Shown: one piece after another, positions 21,336 to 32,748 of the stretch
Numbering within the stretch: the first letter of the stretch is position 1
How the letters are laid out: every line of letters begins with the position of its first letter
NCBI GenBank assembly: GCA_964555845.1
Contig: CAZKUA010000004.1
Location: 12,544 to 76,543 of the forward strand
From: an uncultured Candidatus Peribacteria bacterium
Lineage (GTDB): Bacteria; Patescibacteriota; Gracilibacteria; BD1-5; UBA2023
DNA length: 64,000 nucleotides
Direction of reading: 5' to 3'
Program-made: the position numbers and the translations under genes
Notes under the pieces: model-generated
The model's input: only the letters and a program-made list of their open reading frames with translations
Database searches by the model: none
Told to the model about the DNA's origin: nothing

Positions 21336-23981
21336 ATGGAGTTTGCGAAAAAATATAATCCGAAGGATTTTGAATCAGATATTTACAAGAAATGGGAGGC
21401 GGAAGATAAATTCAAACCAAGAGAATCGAGGACGGGGAAGACTTTTTATATTCCGATGCCACCTCCAAATGTTACCGGAAATCTGCATGTGGGACATGTT
21501 TTGACTATGACATTAGAAGATATTATGGTGAGATATCATAGATTAAAATGAGATGATACAGTATGGATTCCATGAACTGATCATGCTGGGATTTCGACTC
21601 AAAATGTTGTGGAGAAAAAATTGGCAAAGGAGGGGATTTCGAGAGTTGAATTATGAAGAGAAAAATTTCTGGAGGAAGTGTGGAAATGGAAGGATGAATA
21701 TCATAAAAATATCACGGATCAAATAAAATTAAGTTGAGCGAGTTGTGATTGGAGTAAGGAAAGATTTACTTTTGATGAGGGATTAAATAAGACGGTTGAG
21801 AAAGTTTTCGTGAATTTATATGAGAAATGATTAATTTACAGATGAGAATATATGGTGAATTATTCGCCAGCTCTTAAGACTGTAGTGAGCGATATCGAGG
21901 TGGAATACAAGGAAGAACAGGCTGAAATGTACTATATTACTTATTTTGTAAGTGGATCTGATAATGAGCTTGTAGTGGCTACAACTCGCCCAGAGACAAT
22001 GTTAGCTGACCAGGCTATTGCTGTAAATCCAAAAGATAAAAGATATAAAAGACTTATTTGAAGAAATGTAATACTTCCTATTTTAAATAAAGAAATCCCT
22101 ATAATTGGCGACGAAGCTGTGGATATGGAATTTGGGACTTGAGTGCTTAAAATCACTCCAGCTCATGATAGCACAGATTTTCAAATTGGAAAAAAACACT
22201 GATTGAGGCTGGATTATAGTGTTATTGATAATGCCGGATATATGAATAGGGAAGCCGGAATATTTGCTGGACAAGATATAAAAACTGCTAGAGAAAATAT
22301 TGTGGAACTTCTTAAATCAAAATGAAATTTCTTAAAACAAGAGCCATATACTCACAAAGTTGGATATTGCGAGAGAACTTGATGTAAAATAGAAACCGTA
22401 ATTTCAACTCAATGGTTTGTAAAAGCCGACAAATTAGCAGAGAAAGTAATCTTTTGATACAAAAAATGAGAATTTAAAATTATTCCAGAAAGATTTAACA
22501 AGGTTTTTGAAGATTGGATTTATAATCTGCGTGATTGGTGTATTTCTCGCCAACTCTGGTGGGGTCATCAAATTCCTGCTTATTATGACGTTAAGACTTG
22601 AAAATTACTTGAAGTATCACTAGACGAAGAAAAAGTATTTGCAAAATATTGACGCGAAAATGTGGCTCGCGATGAGGACGTACTTGATACTTGGTTTTCA
22701 TCTGCGCTTTGGCCTTTTTCTATTTTAGATTGGGATTTTGAAAATAAGAGTGAATTATTTGAAAAATATTATCCAGCACAAATGCTAGAAACTGGAGGTG
22801 ATATTTTGTTTTTTTGGGTAATTAGAATGCTTTTAATGTGATATGAATTTACAGATATGGCTCCATTTAAAGAAATTTATCTGAATTGATTGATTCTCGA
22901 TGACAAATGAAAGAAGATGAGTAAATCATTTTGAAATTCAATTAGTCCTATTGGAATAGTTGATGAATATAGCTCAGATTCGCTAAGACTTTCGCTTGTA
23001 ATAGGGAATACTCCAGGAAATAATATGAATTTCTCAATCAAAAATGTAGAAACCGCCTCAATTTTCTTGAATAAACTCTGGAATATTTCAAGATTTGTAT
23101 TCTCAAATATCTGAGAAATAAGCAAAACTTATACTGATATTGAAAAATCAATTACAAGTAATTATGATAAACTTCTAAATCATGAAAAATGGATTATTTC
23201 TAAGCTAAAAGGTATTATTGAGACCACAACCGCTTGAATGGAAAGTTATAACTTTTCGTTAACTTGAATGGATTTAATTAGTTTTACGAGAGATGATTTC
23301 TCAGATTTTTATATCGAGGAATACAAATTAACTAAAGATATTTCAACTCATTGAGACGATATACTCGCTTTTTCTATTTTGACGCTTCTTAAATTATGGC
23401 ATCCTTATGTGCCTTTTATTACAGAAGAAATTTATAATAAATTGAGAACATGAGTTACTCTGATAGATAACTCTTGGCCAGAATTAGGAATTATTAAAGA
23501 CGAAAATATTGAAAAAGATATGAGTATTTTGTATGAAGTAATTAAATCAATTAGAAATATTAAAGCTCTAAAATGAGTAAAACCAGGCGAATTTATCGAT
23601 GTGAATTTCAAGACAGATGAGCTAAGTTCTAAACTTATTCAAGACAATGAAATCATTCTAAAATGACTTGCAAAAATTGGAAATATTAAATTTTTCAACT
23701 CATGAGAAGAAATTGATAAAGATAAATTCTCATTTGCAATTGTTGATACTATCGAGATTTATGCCGATTTGTGAGGTGAAATTAATCCAGAAGAAGAAAA
23801 ATCTAGACTAAAACTAGAAATAGAAGACAGAAAGGAATACATCAAAATTATAGACCACAAACTCCTCAACGCTGAATTCATCAAAAACGCACCAGAAAGT
23901 GTAGTAAGAGCCGAACAAGCGAAAAAAGCCCAAGCTCTGGAACATTTAGAAAAGTTGAAAATGAAGTTTAATTCGTTGTAG
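21336..23981 (+). CDS. valS: valyl-tRNA synthetase (881 aa)
   Basis: The frame was checked line by line. Motifs present: [31 protein letters not shown] (TGA at 21549 and 21573), [11 protein letters not shown] (TGG codons, 22536-22568) and KMSKS, plus a C-terminal coiled coil. Confidence 0.95.
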
Positions 23982-24011
23982 AAAGTAAATATTAATTAAT
24001 TAGCTTTATAT

Positions 24012-24749
24012 ATGTTTAAAATGATAACTTTTGATTTAGATTGAACTTTGGCTCCAAGTAAGTGACAAATGGATAATGAAATGGCTGAGTTATTTAAAGA
24101 CTTACTTGCTAAATATAAAGTATGAGTAATTTCTGGATGAGATTATCCTCAATTTCAGAAGCAAATAATACCATTTTTATGAACTGAAGAAAAATTACTT
24201 CAAAATTTATATATTTGTCCGACTTGTAGTACAAAAATGTATATGTTTGAAAATTGAGAATGGAATAAAAAATATTCTCTTGATTTTACACAAGAAGAAA
24301 AAAATCATATTATAGATGTATTAAATAAAGCAATAAATGAACTTAATTTAAAACCTAATCAAATTTGGTGAGAATTAATTGAAGATAGAAGTACACAAAT
24401 TAGCTATTCTGCTTTATGACAAGAGGCACCACTTGAATTCAAGAAAACTTATGATCCAGATTTTAAGAAAAGAAAAAAAATCAGAGAATTTATTTTGGAT
24501 GACTTAAAATGATTTAATATTTTACTTTGATGAGCTTCTACTATTGATATAACAAGAATTTGAGTAGATAAAGCTTATGGAATCAAAAAACTTGTGGAAG
24601 TTTCTTGAATTTGATTAAATGAAATTTTATTTGTATGAGATGCTATTTTTGAAGGCTGAAATGATTATCCACCACTAGAAATAGGTGTTACATGCAAAAG
24701 AGTATTTAATGTCGAAGATACCAAAGAATATATAAGAAGTTTATTATAG
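24012..24749 (+). CDS. HAD-IIB family hydrolase (phosphomannomutase-like fold, 245 aa)
   Basis: FDLDGTL (Gly is TGA at 24042), VISGG, and GDAIFEGGNDYP. ATG at 24012, TAG at 24747. Confidence 0.75.
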
Positions 24750-24760
24750 GGTATATATTA

Positions 24761-26644
24761 CTAATTTCTCTCTTCTGAATTATGTCATAAACTTCCCATA
24801 ACACTTTTATGAGAATCTAGGATATTTGATTCAAGAGCTGTAAGATACATGGTTTTCACTTCTTTTTCTGTAAAATGCAATGTTTCATAAATTGGACTTC
24901 CCATATTTCTATTTACTGGAAAATAAATATCCAATCATCAATTAGGTAGAGATTCAACTCAGGCCCTTGGTTTTTCTATGGTATCAAAATGAAAATCATC
25001 TAATTTTGATACTGTAAGTCAGTTATAAATCGCATCAACTATGTCAAAAATTTCATTTTCCAATTCATAAGCTTCTCTAGAAGGCATATCTTTTGTGAGT
25101 TTTTCAATTTTGTCACTAAAAATTTCTTCAGGATTTTCTTTTTTGTTCATTCTTTCTATTATTTCTACTATTTCGTGAATCGAGATTTCTTTAAAATATT
25201 TCTTTAAAAATTTTTCTCATATTTTTATTGGAATTCCTCAGGCAATATTTAGGTAAAGATGAGAAAATAATAACCAAAGTGGAATCTCATAATCTTGCTC
25301 ATAAAGTCAGTAATTCCAAGTATGTCATTTTCAAAAAATTAAGGTTGGTTCAAAATGATATTCCTCATAACTTTCAGAAAAACTCCAAGGATATTTTATT
25401 ATACTTTCCATAATTTCATCAAAACATTCTGGTTTTTGGAAAGTACTTTCTTGTAATTTTGTAGCCAAAGCTACAATTTTATTTTCTTCAAATTTATTAC
25501 TTTCAAGAAACTTAATCAGATTAATTAAATCTTTTGGCCATTTTTCTTCAGGAATCTGCCTGATTATATGTGCAAAGAGACTTTCACCATTAGGAAAATA
25601 AGCTTTTTTTCAATATTTTTCTCTCCAAAGAGATCATCTTTTCCTCAAAAAAGCTGCTCAAACGATTGCATCATTTCTGTCTAAATCTACTTTTTTATAA
25701 AGACCTTCGTTCCATTCTCAAACTCACCAGATTATATCAATATTTTTAGCTTGTTCCCAAGAAACTCATTGATAACACTGAAATATTTCCCAAGCTTTTT
25801 CAACATTATTTCTTGTAATGGCAAATTTTTCTCAAATATCTGATTCCATTCTAATTTTTAAATTATCCCAAATATCTTTCATTCTTTTCCTTTCTTCAAA
25901 TAGTTCGTAAAATTCCTCAAAAGAAATTCAGTAATTTTGCATAAGTAACTCTGAATTAATTTTTATTTTTTCTTCTTTCGAAATTTCATCTTTTTTAGGA
26001 TATATTTTTTCTAAAATTAATCCAACTTCAAATATTATATTTTCTATAAAATTTTTGATAAATTCCATAATTTCTGATTTTACTACATCAAGCTCTTCAC
26101 CCTTTAATAAATCTAAAGTTTTTACCCTTTCTTTTATTTGATTTTTTTGAGAATGAAATTCTAAAATAGATCAATCTTGAGGTTTTGAAGGAAGCATTTT
26201 ATTTACTATTTGAGGTACCTTATCGGGATGACAAGTACTCAACATTTTTTTATATGATTTATGTCAGGCTGCATAACTAGATCATGGTTGAATAAAAAGT
26301 ATTCTGCAAGCCTCAATATATGATTCTGGAGATAAATCTGGAATTTCTTTTCATACAAATATAAGCTCCGTTTGTGCCATTTTTTCAGCCAGACTTTGTT
26401 CAAGTTCTTCAACATAATTAAGTCAGAATAAAGAAGTTCAATCATAGTTGATTCATTTATTATTTTCTTTGATTCTTTCAAGAATAAATCTTTCTTCAAT
26501 TATATAACTAGGTCTTATTTTAGGATCAAATTTTAATATTGAAGTCACAATTTCTCTTGTACTAATCATAGAAAAAGGACAAAGATACCTATCCTTACTT
26601 GTTTTTTGTTCTTTTGATATATCCAAATGTTCTTTAAGTGACAT
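24761..26644 (-). CDS. J-domain (DnaJ-like) protein with a long uncharacterised C-terminal region (627 aa)
   Basis: The frame was checked line by line: ATG at 26644, TAG at 24763-24761. The J-domain core is ..CRILFIQPGSSYAAGHKSYKKMLSTCHPDKVP, with HPD at 26222-26230. I saw no G/F region and no CxxCxGxG zinc finger. Confidence 0.7.
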
Positions 26645-26938
26645 TTTGCTAATTAATTCTAATTAGATTAATGTATAATAAATAAAACAACTTTGTCAAG
26701 TAAAAATAAAAGTTATTTGGTAAAATAGATTTTAAATAAAATTCATTTTCTCTATTTTAAAGTAAAAATTAAATTTGCAAATTTTGATTTTTTTATATAA
26801 TGAGTAGGATTTTTTTCGGAAAATGAGAAAAATCATATTTTTAGTTTTATTGTAATATATATTCCTGTAGCTTAAAATAGCTAACTTTATATATGAAAAC
26901 TAAAGATAATTTAAGGATTATTTTTTAATATTATACCT

Positions 26939-27730
26939 ATGGTTAATAAAGAAGTTATGAAGGATATGTTCGATAATGCGGTACATATCTGATACAAAAA
27001 ACAATTTTGGTCTCCTAAAATGAAATGATATATTTTTGGAATTCAAAATTGAATACATGTTTTTGACTTATACAAGACAATTGAAAAACTTGAGGAAGTT
27101 AAGACAGCACTTAAGGATTATTCTGAAAAAGGTAAAGATATACTTTTTGTAGGAACAAAAATACAAGCAAGAAATTTAGTAAAAGAACTTGCATGAGAAA
27201 CTGGACATTTTTTCGTAATAGATAAATGGGTTCCTGGTTTACTTACAAATTTTACTACACTTAAAAAAAGAATTGCTACGTACAATAAAATAGAGAAAGA
27301 CCTTGAAAACTGAACTCTTGATATGCTAAGTAAAAAAGAAAAATCTGAGAAAATGAAAGAATTAGAGAAATTAAAAAAAGCATACGAATGACTTAAAGAA
27401 TTAAAGAAAAGTCCAGATGTAATATTTGCAGTGGATGGACATTACGAATGATTATCGCTTACTGAAGCTCGCAAAATGAAAATTCCATCTTATGCACTTT
27501 TGGGTTCTACTGGAGATATTGATTCTTGTACAAATTTTATTCCATGTAATGTAAATTCAATCAAATCAATAAAATTTATTCTTGATTATCTAAAACCAGT
27601 TTTAACTAAGAAAAAAATTATAAGTTCATTCAATAAAGAACAAACAAACACTAGACCATTTAATAAAGATTTCAAAAAACCTTTCGTAAAAACTGAAACT
27701 AAACCAGAAACAACTGAAATTACAAAATAA
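26939..27730 (+). CDS. rpsB: 30S ribosomal protein S2
   Basis: MVNKEVMKDMFDNAVHIGYKKQFWSPKMKGYIFG...ILFVGTK...VIDKWVPGLLTNF. The frame was checked and joins track ORF 27476-27730. Confidence 0.95.
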
Positions 27731-27741
27731 TTTTAAAAAGT

Positions 27742-28077
27742 ATGTCAGATAATAAAATAGAAACTGAAGAATTTAACGAATGACCAAATAAAGAAGAAAG
27801 AATGCTAGCAGCAATTTGCTACCTACCTTTTGGATTTTTGGCTCCACTTCTAATGCACAAGCAGTCAGATTTTTTATCACAACACACAAAGCAAGGTGGA
27901 ATTATATTTTGAATATACTTATTCTTAAGCATTGTAACATTTACATTTATTTGGTGAATATTAACTCTTCTTTATATCTGAATAGCAATTTTCGCTATAA
28001 ATAAAGCCTATAACTGAGAAATGTTTGAATTCTGGTTTATAAGAAAACTCCTTGATTTACTTAATTGAAAAAAATAA
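27742..28077 (+). CDS. small membrane protein, DUF4870/Tic20-like (111 aa)
   Basis: EERMLAAICYLPFGFLAPLLMHKQSDFLSQHTKQGGI, followed by two hydrophobic helices. The frame was checked. Confidence 0.55.
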
Positions 28078-28091
28078 AACCCTCACCTTAA

Positions 28092-28112
28092 CCCTCTCTC
28101 AAGAGGAGAGGG
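28092..28112 (+). terminator. GC-rich hairpin after the membrane-protein gene (terminator or REP-like)
   Basis: CCCTCTC-TCAAGAG-GAGAGGG. No T-run follows, so its function is uncertain. Confidence 0.3.
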
Positions 28113-28154
28113 AACAAAGGGAATAAATTAAATTTATATTTTAATAAAATAATT

Positions 28155-28943
28155 ATGATAACAGCACAACAGGTAAAAGAGTTAAGAGATAGAACTTGAG
28201 TTGGTATGGCAGATTGTAAAAATGCACTTACTGAATCAATTGGTGATATCGAACTTGCAATAGAACTTCTAAGAAAGAAATGAATTGCAAAAGCAGCAAA
28301 GCGCGCTGATAATGAGACAACAGAAGGAAAAGTAAAAATAGTAAATGATGGAAAGGTGGCTTATGTAGTTTCTGTTTCTTGTGAGACAGATTTTGTAGCT
28401 AGAACTCCAGTTTTTGAAGAAATGCTTGATAAATTTATAGATATTAGAAAAAATAGTGCAACTGATGCGGATGCAATTGCAAAAGCTGATGACCTAAAAT
28501 CTACAGAATACCAACTTAAGATGTGAGAAAATATGAAAATATCAGCTCTATCAAAATTTGAATGAGAAGTTATAGAATCATACGTTCACTCAAACGATAA
28601 AGTATGAGCTATAGTTATTGCAAAAGCTGGAACTGATAAAGAAAAACTTAAACAAGTTGCAATGCATATAACTGCAACTAATCCTGATGTATTATCTCCA
28701 AGCGATATATCTGATGAAATAGTTGCAAAAGAAAAATCAATCCAATTAGAGATAATGCAACAAGACCCAAAAAATACAGGAAAACCAGCTGAAATTATGC
28801 TAAAAATCATCGAGGGTAAAATGACTAAATTCCGCGAAGAAAACGCTCTTCTAACTCAACAATTCGTAATTAATCCCGACCAAAAAGTTCGCGACGTTAT
28901 CGGAGCCGACAATATCGTAAGTTTTAAAAGATTTAGTATATAA
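28155..28943 (+). CDS. tsf: translation elongation factor Ts
   Basis: [28 protein letters not shown]...CETDFVART... The frame joins track ORF 28662-28943. Confidence 0.93.
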
Positions 28944-28952
28944 ATTTAAATT

Positions 28953-29015
28953 CTGTCATTCCTGCTTCCTCTGTCATTCCCGCTTCCTCTGTCATTCCCA
29001 CGAAGGTGGGAATCT
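28953..29015. repeat. palindromic repeat cluster (GTCATTCC-N-GGAATC family): two 18-bp half copies plus one full palindrome
   Basis: CTGTCATTCCTGCTTCCT, CTGTCATTCCCGCTTCCT and CTGTCATTCCCACGAAGGTGGGAATCT, directly abutting the 5' end of tRNA-Trp. Confidence 0.7.
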
Positions 29016-29016
29016 T

Positions 29017-29091
29017 AGCCCTATAGTTCATCGGTTAGAATTCAGGATTCCAAATCCTGCGAGGTCGGTTCGATTCCAACTGGGGCTGCCA
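29017..29091 (+). tRNA. tRNA-Trp (anticodon CCA)
   Basis: I folded a cloverleaf by hand. Acceptor AGCCCTA/TGGGGCT (one G-U pair). D stem GTTC/GAAT. Anticodon stem CAGGA/TCCTG with loop TTCCAAA. T arm with TTCGATT loop (one mismatch in the stem). 3' CCA is encoded. Confidence 0.85.
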
Positions 29092-29103
29092 AAATGAAAA
29101 ATA

Positions 29104-29139
29104 AAAAAAATTCTCCCAAGATTTGTGAGAATTTTTTTA
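29104..29139 (+). terminator. rho-independent terminator after tRNA-Trp
   Basis: AAAAAAATTCTC ... GAGAATTTTTTT, with an 11-nt loop and a T-run. Confidence 0.55.
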
Positions 29140-29215
29140 TATTGAAAAGAATTATTTTCTTTTTTAAAAGATTTGTTTATACTTTAATTAAATTTTTAAT
29201 TTATAAACAATTTTA

Positions 29216-29887
29216 ATGAAAAACCATATTATATTTGATTTAGATTGAACAATCGCGGATACGCAGAAAATACATCAGCAAATAGAATCAGATTTTTTAA
29301 GAGGGAAGGGATTATTCATAGATCCAAAGGAAATATGAGTTAGATTTGCTTGAAGAACTCCTCAGGAATGGATTTCAGAAGTTTTGCTTTTAAATAAGAT
29401 AAATTTTCATAGGGATGAATTAGAATTATTTGTTTCAAAGAAGGATGAAATAGTTATTTCTATGTTAAATGAATGAAAAATAGAATTAATGCCCTATGCT
29501 TTTGAAATATTAGAATTATTACATCAAAATGATTATAAAATAGGTATTTCTTCGGGTGCTTGTAGAGAATTTATCAATCAATTTATAGTATATTTCAATT
29601 TAAAAGAAATAGTAGTGGCAAGCACGAGTTCAAATGAAGTTGAAAAGAAAAAGCCAAATCCCGATGTTTTTCTGACTTCATTTAAGAAAATAGAAAATTT
29701 ATTTTGAATTCCAGATAACAAATTCGTTATATGAGATTGATGGTCTGATGTTGAGTGATGACACAAGTCTTGAGCTAAAACTATCTGGTTAAATTATTCA
29801 AAAAAAGACAAAATAAATGAATCTTATTGTGATTTTGAAATAGAATCTTTGAAAGATTTAAAAGATATTTTATGATTTAATAATTAG
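29216..29887 (+). CDS. HAD-IA family phosphatase (beta-phosphoglucomutase-like, 223 aa)
   Basis: FDLDGTIADT (Gly is TGA), GISSGA, KKKPNPDVF and IGDGWSDVEGG. The frame was checked. Confidence 0.75.
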
Positions 29888-29912
29888 ATTATGATATATT
29901 TAATCTTTGTAG

Positions 29913-31130
29913 TTAAACAAGTTTTAGAAATGCTCTTTTTCAATCTGAAATTATTCTTACTTTAGTTGCCTTCATATTAGAACAAGAAAATGAAAATCAA
30001 AATAATTCTTCTCAAGTTTTTTCTGAGATAATAATACTTAAAGGTGGTTTATGTAAAAATGATTTTGGTGCATGACCTTGAGAAATATTCAGTATATTTG
30101 AGCCTAAATTTACAGTAGTAAATACACTTACAACTAGACACATTGGTATATTTTTTTGTGCTATATCTTCTATTTTCTTTTGGTTGTATTTAAAGCTATT
30201 ATTTGCTGTTTCAAATACAAATCATTCAATTTCATTATCTTTAAATTTTGTTAATAAACTTCAAAAATTAATTTCTATTCATCCAGGTGGAGTTATTCAT
30301 CTTACAAAAGTTGCTTGATATTCATTATCTTCTAATTCTCGGTTATCTAAAGAAAAGTTGGCTTGTTCAATTTCTCTTGTTTTTAAATATTGTAAGAAAA
30401 AAAGTTCATGTTCATTTTGTTTATTTTCTCATCATATCTTATATTGAAATTCCATAATTGGACAATTCCTTTTATCAAATCTTTCAAAATTTCTATATTC
30501 TTCATATTTTATAATTAATTTATTATGAATTTCACTTTTTTCGTCATCTTCTTTAATAATAATATTTTTTCATCAATTAAAATTTTCATAAATATAATAT
30601 GTTCACTTTATTGAAGAATCAGCTACAATAGAATAATTATTTCATGGAATATATTCCCAAATAGAAAATGAAGCATCATTAAAGTCTAGTCAATTAGGTT
30701 CACAATTTTCTTTTATATTTTTATTAAATTCTAAAATTATTCATCACAAACTAGGAGATGTATATCCATAAAAATCATCACCATATATTTCAAATTCTCA
30801 ATTATTTTTTCTATATATTTCCCATGTGGGTAAAAGTCAGGATTTTCAAGAATAATCTTGAGGATGTTCACTTCTAATTAAAATTTTTCTGCAATCAGAT
30901 ATAGGTAAATCTAGAACATCTTCAATACTAGAAAATCTTCTCGGAACTAATCATCACATTGACTCAATATATTCCGCAATTTCAATTTTTGGTTTTAATG
31001 GTAAATTTACAGAATAATAATCTAAATCATTTATTCATTCAACTTTTTCAGAAGTTTTTGTTAATAAATTATTTAAAACAGCTACATTTTGAGCTGTTGT
31101 TACATCTGATTTACCATTGATTTTATTCAT
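29913..31130 (-). CDS. hypothetical protein (405 aa), weak resemblance to PEP-utilising/ATP-grasp (PPDK_N-like) enzymes
   Basis: The frame was checked line by line: ATG at 31130, TAA at 29915-29913. The only motif-level hint is ILIRSEHPQDYSGKSGLLPT, which resembles VRSSAxxEDxxxxSFAGQxxT. Confidence 0.55.
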
Positions 31131-31155
31131 ATTAGTTCATTGATAAATAAATTAA

Positions 31156-31692
31156 TTAAATTTTGAATTTTCTCATGGCATTAAATAAATTTTCTCATTC
31201 AATTTCAAGTATTCTTTCTAATTTTTTAGATCATGCATCTATAAGTTTAATATTTCAGTCTATATCCCTTGCGAAATCTCATTGATCATAAAAAGCATGT
31301 CAACATACAGTAGCATTATTATGATTTCAAAAAACATTAATTATTTCATCCCATAGTAATTGACTTTCTTCATTAGAAATAGTTTTTCAAGAATCTTGAA
31401 TATTTAGTAATCAAAAAACTGATATTCTTGTTTTCATTACTACTTTAGGATATTTTTTTCATAACCTGTATTCAATTAAATTACCTTTAATATTATCTAA
31501 ATTATGTCTAAACCAATTTAGAATATTATTTTTAAGTAACCTTTCTGTTAACTTAAAACTTCTTCATTCTTTGTAAGATCAATAAATTATTTTATATACT
31601 AATCAAGGCACTCTAAAATCAATTAGAGGTAATTTTAGTGTATATTTATTTCCTACAAATGATAACCTAGAAGTACCCCTTTTTAATTCCAT
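31156..31692 (-). CDS. hypothetical protein (178 aa), possible small kinase-like fold
   Basis: ATG at 31692, TAA at 31158-31156. GHAFYDQGDFARDIDGNIKLIDAG resembles an HxDxxxxN...D catalytic/Mg loop arrangement. The resemblance is weak. Confidence 0.5.
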
Positions 31693-31741
31693 ATATAACT
31701 TAAATTAATAATTTACTTATTTATATATCTAAACCTACTTT

Positions 31742-32647
31742 TTAATCAAAAAGATTAATATCTCAATAAATAGATTCAATTTTCTTAATTCTTTCTATAA
31801 TTACCGCTGTAATTTCTGGGGAAAACATAGGTTCTTTATCTTGGGATAATTCATCATTTCAAGTCATAATTTTATGGAATTCTTTTACTAATCAGAAAAA
31901 ATAAAAATTATTTGATTGCTTAAAACTAGGATTTTTTTCAAATCACTCAAAAGCTCTACTAATTCAGTTTGGCAAATCAAGAATAATATTTTTATAACCC
32001 GAATCATTCAGTTTCTTTGTAAGCTCATTCATATCAAGTAATCATAATCTAAAAGTTAAAATATCAATAAAAGAAAAGGCTTTAGCAAATTGCAGAGCTC
32101 AAAATCTTGTAACAAAAGTATCTATAATAGCATTAGCTTCATGAAAACTTTCAACTAAATCATCTTCTTTTATTGCTACATCTTTATATCAAGCGAAAAC
32201 CAGGCTCATAATTTTATCTTTATTCTCTCAAAAATGAGCCTTACTAATATAATCTTCAATATATTTTTTAGTAACTTTTGTTTTTTCAATTACTTCATTA
32301 AAAACCTCAATTCACTTAGGATCTCATTTTGGAACAACTAATTTTAGTTGATGAAAATTAGATTTTCATAATTCACTCTTAAGATATTTAAGATATCATT
32401 CCTTTGAATCAATTTCAATTTGAATTAAATTTATAATGTATAAATGATTTTTTATATCCTTTTTTTCAGAAAGAAAATATTTGAAATCTGAATATAATTT
32501 AATTAAATTTATAGCTACATCAATTACCTTTTCATTCTTATAATTTAGGATAGTTCGTTCTAGTTCAGCTTTTCTTTGACTAATAAAATCTAGAATATTT
32601 TTAGTTTCTTCTTGAATAGAAGCATTTTTACTTGGACTAGTTTGCAT
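31742..32647 (-). CDS. hypothetical protein (301 aa)
   Basis: This extends track ORF 32396-32647 through TGA codons. The frame was checked. TAA at 31744-31742. Confidence 0.6.
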
Positions 32648-32748
32648 ATTAATTGAAATTAAGAATTAATAATTCACTAATTTATATATCTAAATTAATT
32701 TTTGTCAAGTTTATGTATAGATAAATAAAATTTTAATTTCAAATAATT

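Noticed and set aside
21336-23981. UGA = Trp (code 4, Mycoplasma-like), the usual explanation for a low-GC genome.
   Set aside because: TGA aligns with invariant Gly positions (P-loops, HPFxDGNGR, GHSLGG, DxDGT). Conserved Trp positions ([11 protein letters not shown]) use TGG. The tRNA-Trp has anticodon CCA.
26776-26802. TTGCAA-15 nt-TATAAT upstream of rpsB as a promoter feature.
   Set aside because: It is plausible, but the spacer is short and AT-rich DNA yields many such matches. It is not supported well enough to list as a feature.
28953-29015. Tandem 18-bp direct repeats as a possible mini CRISPR array.
   Set aside because: The units are directly adjacent with no spacers. There are only 2.5 copies, they belong to the dispersed palindromic repeat family, and no cas genes are present.
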